Origin: Octopus sinensis
Taxonomy: Eukaryota
Assembly (NCBI RefSeq): GCF_006345805.1
Contig: NC_043000.1
Span: 89,652,001 to 89,716,000 of the forward strand
Length of the DNA: 64,000 nt
Reading direction: 5' to 3'
Positions 54,300 to 64,000 of this stretch are shown in pieces. A program made the position numbers and the translations under genes. A model generated the notes under the pieces. It ran no database searches. It was given only the letters and a program-made list of their open reading frames with translations, and was not told the DNA's origin. Position 1 is the first letter of the stretch, and each line of letters begins with the position of its first letter.

Positions 54300-55040
54300 T
54301 TTCCTAATTCAAACTTCGTTGAAATAATCCCAGGTCTACATCTACATATAAAAAACTAAGGCTAATAATACATCATTATCTAAATTTGTACAATCTGTCA
54401 TTGATAGTAACACTGAATGTAAAATTGTTTGATCCATCGTATTTAATACACATCCATATAAACGTGGTGGTGGTGCTTAGTGCGGACTGTGTATCTGGTA
54501 TGTTCCATATTACTTGTCTACAATCAACGTAATAAATTAATCATAAGATACAAATATCTTAAGAACAAATCTTTGCTATATGCTAACTATACCCAACCTT
54601 AAAATAACTTACCAGACCGACACCAATAAGCTTTATGTACTTGATTAATGCGATTGACTACTTTCCTATCCAAAAAAAGACCATAAGTCGATTTCCTTTT
54701 TGTAATAGATAATGTAATTGACCATATTCTTAAATTGTATGCCCTAATTACTCGTTTTAAGTTTTACTAAAGTTGTTACTATTTAATTACCGCCTTTGTT
54801 CTGTAATTTTCTTAAAATTTACTCCTGGTTGCTTTATTCTTAGATATATTTATTATTGATGATTTATACTAATTAATTTTCATTATATACAAGGGAAAAG
54901 GTTTATAGTGTCTCAGAGGATAAGCAATACCTGATGATGGCTACTAAGCCGAAACTTCAGAGTCACTGTCAACCTTTTCCGTGTAAAACTTTATAAATAT
55001 GGACTCTACTAAAAAGATAATGTGTAACCTTTCAGTTTGA
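54300..55040 (+). mobile_element. Decayed Penelope-like element 3' end with pLTR
   Basis: CKIV*SIVFNTHPYKRGGGA*CGLC resembles the W..I..PY..G..C.LC tail of the Penelope GIY-YIG region. It is followed by a hammerhead-type core CTGATGA..GAAAC..GTC at 54931-54964. Confidence 0.55.
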
Positions 55041-55097
55041 TGTTAAAATATTTTTACATATATCCTCATATAAACTATTTATGTATGTGTATGTATG

Positions 55098-55133
<36 letters not shown>

Positions 55134-55144
55134 ATATATATATA

Positions 55145-55365
55145 CATCCGATCGTGGCCGTTTGCCAGCCTCGTCTGGCACCTGTGCCGGTGGCACGTAA
55201 AAAGCACCCACTACACTCATGGAGTGGTTGGCGTTAGGAAGGGCATCCAGCCGTAGAAACATTGCCAGATCAGACTGGGCCTGGTGCAGCCTTCTGGCTT
55301 CCCAGACCCCAGTTGCACCGTCCAACCCATGCCAGCATGGAAAGCGGACGCTAAACGATGATGAT
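55145..55365 (+). mobile_element. RTE-associated SINE/LINE 3' tail ending in (GAT)n
   Basis: GAGTGGTTGGCGTTAGGAAGGGCATCCAGCCGTAGAAA..CCAGCATGGAAAGCGGACGCTAAACGATGATGAT, a recalled RTE-type 3' end. Confidence 0.55.
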
Positions 55366-55369
55366 ATAT

Positions 55370-55410
<41 letters not shown>

Positions 55411-55613
55411 TATTTATGTATATATGGTTATATATATATGTATGTGTGCCTGTATATATGTGTGTGTGTGTGTTTGTATGTATATGTGTGTGCGTTAGTG
55501 TGAATGTATGTAGCGAGGAAGAGTAAGTGACGCATTGAGCGCATTGCATGTATTTTATATACTAATGTTAATTTTTCTTTTTCTTTTTTCGTCTCTTCTC
55601 GGTTCTATATTAG

Positions 55614-55733
55614 TCCCCGCTAACTGCGTAGATATAGATCCGAAATGTGCCGATTATACAGGATTTGATGTATGCAGCACTGTCTTGTTCAAATTTGCAG
55701 TGGTCAACTGTCGAAGATTCTGTCGGTATTGTG
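55614..55733 (+). CDS. Exon 14, ShK domain 3, phase 1-1
   Basis: Long polypyrimidine tract..atattag|...|gtaagt, 120 nt. LPANCVDIDPKCADYTGFDVCSTVLFKFAVVNCRRFCRYC. Confidence 0.92.
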
Positions 55734-56218
55734 GTAAGTAGTTTTAGATTTTCTTGTTATTCTTTAGTCCCCTGTCATCCTTGATCAACAACGTCTCAAC
55801 TATATCCATCTCGTCGTATTGTAGACTCCATTACTCAACGCGTCCTTCTATTCGCTAAAGCGGTTGGATATAAGAGTGGAAAACGATTAGACTACTGTTT
55901 CGAGTAAATTGTAGAGGTGCCCCTTTGTTCGTTCGGCCTTTTGCTGTTGCTGTTGCTGTTGTTGTAGGTGATATTTAGGGTGATGATGATAAGAAGCTGG
56001 CCGTGATGATTGCAGTGATGGTACAGTTTACAATCACATGATAGACACGTGATATTGTTTCTGATAAACGGATTATGAACATTTGGTGAGCCTGCGCATC
56101 TTCTTATATGTATGGATGATAACATTCAATTCGATAGTGGTGGAAGGGGATTCTAAACATTCTTTTAACGAATGATACATGCTCATATTGTGAACAATGT
56201 ACACAATTTTATATATAT

Positions 56219-56599
56219 ACTAGCAGTATAGCCCAGCGTTACTCGGGTTTGTTTTCTTTTCAACCCTTTAGAATTGGAATTTTTGAAAAGTAAAACTTTT
56301 GCATTATGTAGCTTGCTATTTCTTTAAGTGAACATTTTTCTGGCTGAGATACACCGAAAAGTAGCCACACAGCAGTAAAAAAAATGGTTAAAAAATAGCG
56401 ATTTTCATAGAAAAAAGCACCTTTTTGATGTAAATAATGTTTGGTCTTAACATGGTCCGATTTGAATTTTTCTTCTACAGAATGAAGAGCAAGCCTTCTT
56501 GTATCATATTTTCAATTTTGGTCAACTTGCACCGCAGGGTCTCGGAGGAGATAGTGTTAGTTGAAGGCTACCAAACCTGCCCTACACAGACAACTTCAG

Positions 56600-56612
<13 letters not shown>
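56219..56612 (+). mobile_element. Non-autonomous Helitron-like element, copy 2
   Basis: Same family as 8781-9168. Confidence 0.55.
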
Positions 56613-56630
<18 letters not shown>

Positions 56631-57648
56631 ACTGTTCTATCTAGCGTGCAAGGAGTCCTATGATGGATGCCTCTTATGCGTTTAAATGTACACTGCATTT
56701 ATATGAATAATATATAGTCTATTGACTAAATTTTTACACGCTAGGCCACTGGTAGTAGAAATTTCTAATATTTCTAATTACCCTTGATATTATTAATTAT
56801 TGATAATTTTGGGGGGATAATTTTTATTTACTGCCGACAAGGAGCTGCGCTTGCGTGGCAAATTTTTAAAAATTAGAATGTATAAGTTGATTTTTGCTCA
56901 CCGCTTGAACATTTTCAGCAATTTCAAATTGTGTTGCGTAATAGAGTGTAAGCAGCTTGAATAACTCCCTTCCTCAATTTTACACCCAAATAAATAAATA
57001 AAAAAGTAATAGTAATGTTACTGTCTCGTTACATGCCACTCATAAGGGCCGTTTTCCCAGTTTCCATAGCGTACAAATTTCCCACCTGAACTGGACGCTG
57101 GTCCTTCGCAGGATTACTTATTTTTGCCAGTTGAGTGGTCTGGAGCAACGTGAAGTGTTTTGCTCAAGGACACAACGCGTCGCCTGATCCAGAAATCGAA
57201 ACTGCAATCTTACAATCATGAGTTCAAAACTCTGAACACCAAACCACGCACCTCCACACCAAAATAAGTATTTCAAGACCGTTACAAAAACTAACGAAAA
57301 TCCTATGAATCAATTTCATATTGCCTCTTTACAACTGAGTAAGTATTTTCAGCTTAGTAGACTGGGGTTATTGAATGTTAAGTGAATACAGCAATAAGTG
57401 AGTCACAGCAGTAATTGGTTTATCTCCCTCCACTATTTCATTGACCTGTGGAACTGTCCATTCTTATAATCAAAATTACGATTCAATATCTGAAATATAT
57501 TTTGTCAGTGAGTTTCTACACGTTTAGAATATAGAGACATCCAAGAGGGTGCATTAGAGGAAATTGCATATAAGTTCTGTATTCTTCTATACGAAATGAG
57601 ATTTATTCTTGCTGCAGGGGTGTACCAATAACAGGTAGTTCAACTTAT

Positions 57649-57714
<66 letters not shown>

Positions 57715-58734
57715 ATAACTGTTCTATCTAGCGTGCAAGGAGTCCTATGATGGATGCCTCTTATGCGTTTAAATGTACACTGCATTTATATGAATAATAT
57801 ATAGTCTATTGACTAAATTTTTACACGCTAGGCCACTGGTAGTAGAAATTTCTAATATTTCTAATTACCCTTGATATTATTAATTATTGATAATTTTGGG
57901 GGGATAATTTTTATTTACTGCCGACAAGGAGCTGCGCTTGCGTGGCAAATTTTTAAAAATTAGAATGTATAAGTTGATTTTTGCTCACCGCTTGAACATT
58001 TTCAGCAATTTCAAATTGTGTTGCGTAATAGAGTGTAAGCAGCTTGAATAAATTCCCTTCCTCAATTTTACACCCAAATAAATAAATAAAAAAGTAATAG
58101 TAATGTTACTGTCTCGTTACATGCCACTCATAAGGGCCGTTTTCCCAGTTTCCATAGCGTACAAATTTCCCACCTGAACTGGACGCTGGTCCTTCGCAGG
58201 ATTACTTATTTTTGCCAGTTGAGTGGTCTGGAGCAACGTGAAGTGTTTTGCTCAAGGACACAACGCGTCGCCTGATCCAGAAATCGAAACTGCAATCTTA
58301 CAATCATGAGTTCAAAACTCTGAACACCAAACCACACACCTCCACACCAAAATAAGTATTTCAAGACCGTTACAAAAACTAACAAAAATCCTATGAATCA
58401 ATTTCATATTGCCTCTTTACAACTGAGTAAGTATTTTCAGCTTAGTAGACTGGGGTTATTGAATGTTAAGTGAATACAGCAATAAGTGAGTTACAGCAGT
58501 AATTGGTTTATCTCCCTCCACTATTTCATTGACCTGTGGAACTGTCCATTCTTATAATCAAAATTACGATTCAATATCTGAAATATATTTTGTCAGTGAG
58601 TTTCTACAACGTTTAGAATATAGAGACATCCAAGAGGGTGCATTAGAGGAAATTGCATATAAGTTCTGTATTCTTCTATACGAAATGAGATTTATTCTTG
58701 CTGCAGGGGTGTACCAATAACAGGTAGTTCAACT

Positions 58735-58735
<1 letters not shown>
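56631..58735. repeat. Near-identical tandem duplication: two ~1015-bp units separated by (TA)n
   Basis: 56631-57646 vs 57718-58735 differ by about 4 substitutions and 2 single-base indels (manual comparison). Confidence 0.95.
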
Positions 58736-58806
<71 letters not shown>

Positions 58807-58947
58807 GAAAAGAAAGTAAATCTCGAATGCGTGATAACTGTAAAGACAAAGTAGAAAATTGGATAAAAAACCTAGAAGACGGGAAAAAGTTGCTAGCAGG
58901 CGACTACAGAGATTCGAACCCTGTACATCGCAGATAAAAATTTTTTC

Positions 58948-58980
<33 letters not shown>

Positions 58981-59606
58981 TGAGTACAAGCACAACTAAA
59001 ATAATATTCAAGGAATCAAACAGAATTCGCAGCAAGTACTATCCGATACTTCATTATGTTACCAGACAAATATGGGTGAATATATGTTTGTAAGGCCTCT
59101 GTAAAGTGTATACAATTCGTATACAATTTATAATTGGCGTCGATGATGTGAATGAACATGAATAATGAAACAGCTGTAAATTTATATATACGTAAATATA
59201 TGTATATATATATATGTATATATATGCATATGTCTATGTTTGTGTATATACATAGACACACACACACTCACACACACACAATAGCACTACTATACTCTAC
59301 ACTTTGATCTCAACCACAGGGCAGGAACCTGAAAGGCCCAACTCGTTAAGGATCAAAAAAATTGAAATCATGTTCATGAATTCAAATCAACTGTATTTTG
59401 CCGCAACTTTCCAGATTTTGCAAATCAATTTGCCAATTAACCATGCAAATCTCCACTGTATACAACTCATCAAATCCAGTAGTCTTCCTATCGAAAAAGA
59501 ATCTTTATTTAATGGTCTGACACCCTCTGATAATATGTTATCATATTTTAAATTCTAAATGTTATTCAGTTTCCTAAAATCATGTTGTTGCTTTTGTTTT
59601 CTCCAG

Positions 59607-59623
59607 ACCGACCAATACCGTAA
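59607..59623 (+). CDS. Probable terminal exon 15 (D-R-P-I-P-stop)
   Basis: cttttgttttctccag| phase-1 acceptor; G+AC CGA CCA ATA CCG TAA; AATAAA at 59667 and 59704. Short, so no homology support. Confidence 0.5.
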
Positions 59624-59814
59624 AAGACCAAAGGAAACAAAGAACCAAAACACCAGAAGCAACCCAAATAAAAACCTAATTGATGATTTAAAACCTTAAT
59701 AATAATAAAATTTAATTTGATGCAAAAATGTCTCATGAATATAAGAGGTTTTTTTTATCATCATCGTCATCATCATCTTCATCATCATCATCAACATTGT
59801 TATTATTATTATTA

Positions 59815-59851
<37 letters not shown>

Positions 59852-61016
59852 GAGTGAGAGAGCAGTGCATACTCTCAAAGTGACACTGGGGTAAAATATA
59901 CAAAGTCCAGTATATCCATCATGACTACCCGTCTGTTAAGGGTACACCAGGCACATGCATCACAACCATATGTGCGCGACATGGTGATCTCATATCAAGA
60001 TAAACAGCACATGACCTTCCAGGTGGGACCCAGTTAGAATTTTCTTTTGGTCGAGTAACCCATCCCGTTGAAAAGGTTGTGAATAAGGGTTGTTTAAGGA
60101 TGTTGGACGAAACATCCATATTTCCACAGATGAATTATTCAAAACCCAAAGAATCCCGCTCAACACATGGCTATGATGCTCCGCCACGACTTCTGCTTGT
60201 GATCAGAGATGCACATATCGTCAGCCACTACGGGACATGCTTAACTGGTTACGGTCAAACAACTGACAAGCAAATCTGTGGTATTGAGCAAAATATTTGC
60301 TATAGTCCATCTTTAATACCAAGACAAAACAATGTACTGGGAAAGTTCGTGCCGATTTTTAAAGGAAAGAAAAAGGTCAATAAATACTTGCCATTACATT
60401 TTTAATCAACCAAATATGAACCATTTTGTTGCACAATGCGTCTCCATCTTTCCTTTAACTTGAAAATGCCCTTTTCCCATAATTGGGATGGTTTCATAGC
60501 AAAGAATTCATCAAGGTATCTTTTTACATCATCCATGGAATTGAATTTTTTACGATTAGCACTATAATGCAGAGACCTGAATAAGAGGAAATCCGAAGAA
60601 GCAATATCTGGTGAATATGGAAGGTGGGGTAACACATACCAGCCGAGCTGCAGCAATTTTTGTCTGGTTCCCAAAGCATCAAGTGCCGTAAATGAACTTA
60701 TCTTCCATTTAAAGGATTACAGAATTAGCACATATAGGAACATAAATCTTCTTCCACGAAAATATAGCTTAAACTATGCTCTAAATGGAGGTGTAGTCAA
60801 ATCCTATTTCATGCACTCAACCATGTTCTAAAATAAGTCGAAAGATAAGCTACTATAAATCGGCACGAACTTTCCGGACAACCCAATGCATGAAAAACTT
60901 CCATTCAGTTAAGACTAGAAGCCACGAGAGCCACTGCCAGGTACTGCATCAGGGCATAGCCACTGCCTGATACTGCATCAGGGCATTAACACTGCCTGGT
61001 ACCGCATCAGGGCATT
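59852..61016 (-). mobile_element. ~540-bp (ATT)n-associated element, copy A, carrying a mariner insertion and a triplicated 30-bp end
   Basis: Aligns with copies B and C outside 60337-60886. CCACTGCCTGGTACTGCATCAGGGCAT-like unit three times at 60930-61016. Strand inferred. Confidence 0.85.
60337..60886 (-). mobile_element. Internally deleted mariner transposon
   Basis: TRQKLLQLGWYVLPHLPYSPDIASSDFLLFRSL..WEKGIFKLKERWRRIVQQNGSY*. TIRs GGAAAGTTCGTGCCGATTT / AAATCGGCACGAACTTTCC, at the host TA site (AATG-TA-CATG in copy B). Confidence 0.9.
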
Positions 61017-61030
61017 TATTATTATTATTA

Positions 61031-61084
<54 letters not shown>

Positions 61085-61300
61085 GTATTATGAAAGACTC
61101 TCGGATAGTTCTTTATTATCGGTTATTCATTATTTGAAAGCAGGCAATAACAAATCACCAAAGGTTCCAAGCGGTGCGTTTTCCTGTGACTCAAAGAAAC
61201 AATACTCTCCTTAGAATGCGAGCTGTACACAACAATGCAGTCTTCTGGATCACCTCGAGCCTGACAGCAGCTCCAGTATTCTTAATATGCTTTTCAAAGC
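61085..61300 (-). mobile_element. Very short 5'-truncated R4/Dong-type LINE 3' end
   Basis: GFEKHIKNTGAAVRLEVIQKTALLCTARILRRVLFL*, then 3' UTR and (TAA)n. Confidence 0.75.
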
Positions 61301-61532
61301 CCTTATTATTATTACGGCGACGACCTGGCAGAATCGTTAGCACGCCGGGCCAAATGCTTAGCAGCGTATCGTCTGTCTTTACGTTCTGGGCTCAAATTCT
61401 GCCGAGGTCGACATTGCCTTTCATCTTTTCGGAGGTCGATGACATAAGTACCAGTTATGCACCGGGGTCGATGTAAAGCGACTAGCCCCCTCCCCAAAAA
61501 TTTCACGCCTTGAGCTTATTATTATTATTATT

Positions 61533-62075
61533 GAGTGAGAGAGCAGTGCATGCCATCAAAGTGACACTGGGGTAAAATATACGAAGCCCAATATACCCAT
61601 CATGACTACCCGTCTGATAAGGGTACACCAGGCACATGCATCATAACCATATGTGCGCGACATGAGGATCTCATATCAAGATAAACAGCACATGACCTCG
61701 TAGGTGGGGCCCAGTTAGAATTTTTTTCTGGTCGAGTAACCCATCCTGCTCAAAAGGTCCTGAGTAAGGGTTGTTTAAGGATGTTGAACGAAACACCCAT
61801 GTTTCCAGAGGCGAATTATTCAAACCCCAAAGAATCCCTCTCAACACATGGCTATGATACTCCCCCACTACTTCTGCTCGTGATCAGAGATGCACATATC
61901 ATCAGCCACTAAGGGACATGCTCAACTGGTTACGGTCAAACAACTGACAAGCAAATCTGTGATATTGAGCAGAATATCTGCTGTAGCCCATCTTTTATAC
62001 CAAGACAAAACAATGTACATGATAACACTTCCAATCAGAAGCCATGAGAACCACTGCCTGGTACTGCATCAGGGC

Positions 62076-62078
<3 letters not shown>
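61533..62078 (-). mobile_element. ~540-bp (ATT)n-associated element, copy B
   Basis: GAGTGAGAGAGCAGTGCATGCCATCAAAG..GCATCAGGGCATT, with (ATT)n on both sides. Confidence 0.88.
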
Positions 62079-62139
<61 letters not shown>

Positions 62140-62671
62140 GAGTGAGAGAACAGTGCATGCCATCAAAGTGACACTGGGTTAATATATACGAAGCCCAGTA
62201 TACCCATCATGACTACCCGTCAGATAAGGGCACACCAGACATATGCATCACAACCATATGTGCGCGCCATGGTGACCTTGCAGATGGGATCCAGTTAGAA
62301 TTTTTTTCAAGTTGAGAAGCCAATCCCGCTCAAAAAGTCCCTGAATAAGGGTTGTTTAAGGATGTTGATCGAAACACCCATGTTTCGAAAGGTGAATTAT
62401 CTAAATCCCAAAGAATCCCTCTCAATACATGGTTGTGATGCTCCCCCACGACTTCTGCTTATGATCAGAGATGCACCATATCATCAGCCACTAAGGGACG
62501 TACTCAACTGCTTAAAGTCAAACAAATGACAAGCAAATCTGTGGTATGGAGCAGAATATTTGCTGTGGGCCACCTTTTTATACCAAGACAAAACAATGTA
62601 TATGATAACACTTCCAATGAGTTATGGTCAAAATCAATGAGAGCCAGTGCCTGGCACTGCATTAGGGCATT
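62140..62671 (-). mobile_element. ~540-bp (ATT)n-associated element, copy C
   Basis: Same termini as copy B; followed by (CAT)n(ATT)n. Confidence 0.88.
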
Positions 62672-62677
62672 TAACAG

Positions 62678-62715
<38 letters not shown>

Positions 62716-62721
62716 CCATCA

Positions 62722-62779
<58 letters not shown>

Positions 62780-62789
62780 CATAGACGTG

Positions 62790-64000
62790 TCAAAGTATAC
62801 AATATTATGAGGTTGTTGTCTGAAGGTATTGTGTCTACGGGGGTTTGTACTGTTTGTCAAGTCACAACAAGGACCTCAGACAGACAGTACTTTACGCAAT
62901 ATGTGTGCAATTCCAAGTAATGCCGACTTTTGCAATACATCTAGATGATTGTAGGGTATTTCTAAAATTTTCGGATGTTTTTTTTTTTTTCAGATTGGGT
63001 CGTATTGAACCCAATGCTCCGATGACAATAGAGATAACCTTTATGCTTGACTCTCGTACCTGCCACATCTTAGCGATCCCAATTCTCAGGTCGCCATGTG
63101 TATCAACCTTTTCTCTTTCTTTCATGATGATACGTTGATCTCCTGGCACTGCCACGTCGATTATTAGGTACTCTTGATAGTCCCTCTTAAAGGTTACTAT
63201 ATCCGGCCTTGGGTGCTCTAACACCTTTTCTGTGTGGAAATCGAAGTCCCAGAGGATTTTTGTCTTCCCCTTTTCGTCCATTATCTTTTCTGGTGTATGC
63301 TGGTACCCAGGACCCACAACCTCAAATCCATACTTACGGCATAGTTGCCAATGGAAGTTTTGCGCTACCTTGTCGTGTCTACGCTTGTACTCTTTCTGCG
63401 CAAGATTTTCAAAATCACTAACAATGTGAGTCACGCTTTCGACCCTTTTCCCACACATTCTGCAGAGGTCCGATGCACTTTTTCACTGAATTGGTATTCA
63501 GTGCCTGGTCCTGGGCAGCGATGATTAGGCTTTCGGTCTTCCTTTTTAGGTTACCCTTATTGACCCACCTCCATGATGCTTCCTGATCTTTTAATTTTTT
63601 GGTTTCACGGTGGAACTGACCATGTAATTCTATACGGACGGAGTAGGGTTTCTTCTCTCTCGTTGACTGTTCTTGATCGGAATTCAGGAGCACTCTCAAG
63701 TCCATTTTTGTTAACGCCTTCTGCACTAGCAGCATACTGTAGCAGGCCTTGTTTGCTGTTAACCAAATATTCTGCCATATTTCTTCTTTCACTGTTGATG
63801 CACTCCTGCATGCTAATCAGCACACGTCCACCTTTACCTCTCTTAATGTAGAGCCTTAGGATGGAGCGCATCATGCATTGTCGTTGTATTTCAGGTAGTG
63901 CGATCGAGTTGGTCAATCTCCGCTTGTGTCCATTTCAGGATGGGTGCACTCTAGCGGACTACAGCAATAGCCCATATGTTGATGGCAGTCTCAAGTTTCC
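62790..64000 (-). mobile_element. R4/Dong-type LINE 3' part (zinc knuckle and restriction-like endonuclease), runs off the window
   Basis: LYIKRGKGGRVLIS, LKRKTESLIIAAQDQALNT, C..CGKRVESVTHIVS, RHDKVA, KILWDF..RPDIV..IIDVAVPGD, IVIGALG, with frameshifts. The 3' end abuts (TAA)n. Confidence 0.92.

Noticed and set aside
59990-60187. Conserved 65-aa ORFs in the ATT-associated element (also 61671-61868 and 20752-21003)
   Set aside because: The similarity follows from nucleotide identity between copies. Frames differ between copies and there is no recognisable domain.
61860-61910. CTGAYGA on the minus strand of the ATT-associated element
   Set aside because: It is followed by GAAG rather than GAAA with no stem II, and the C/T variation fits CpG decay.

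Overview
Eukaryotic, AT- and microsatellite-rich genomic DNA. The SINE families and repeat content suggest an octopod cephalopod (inference). The ORF track is almost entirely microsatellite noise. Read by hand, the + strand carries 14 well-supported coding exons (1600-55733) and a probable 15th terminal exon (59607-59623). They splice in frame with GT-AG sites into about 560 aa of a 5'-incomplete, Cys-rich, probably secreted mosaic protein: ShK - five VWC-like repeats - ShK - ShK. The introns hold decayed mobile DNA: R4/Dong-type, RTE, CR1-group and Tx1/L1-type LINEs, Tc1/mariner fragments and MITEs, Penelope-like pieces, Helitron-like elements and several tRNA-derived SINE families. Notable non-coding structure: (1) an intact-looking minimal type I hammerhead ribozyme on the sense strand of intron 13; (2) a 225-bp fold-back palindrome made from a TIGAR-like gene fragment; (3) several long, near-perfect hairpins; (4) a TTAGGG array bracketed by 33-bp inverted repeats; (5) a ~1.09-kb near-identical tandem duplication; (6) an (ATT/TAA)n tract at the right end where R4-type LINEs and a ~540-bp non-coding element are stacked in one orientation. 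No database searches were possible, so family names rest on recalled motifs.
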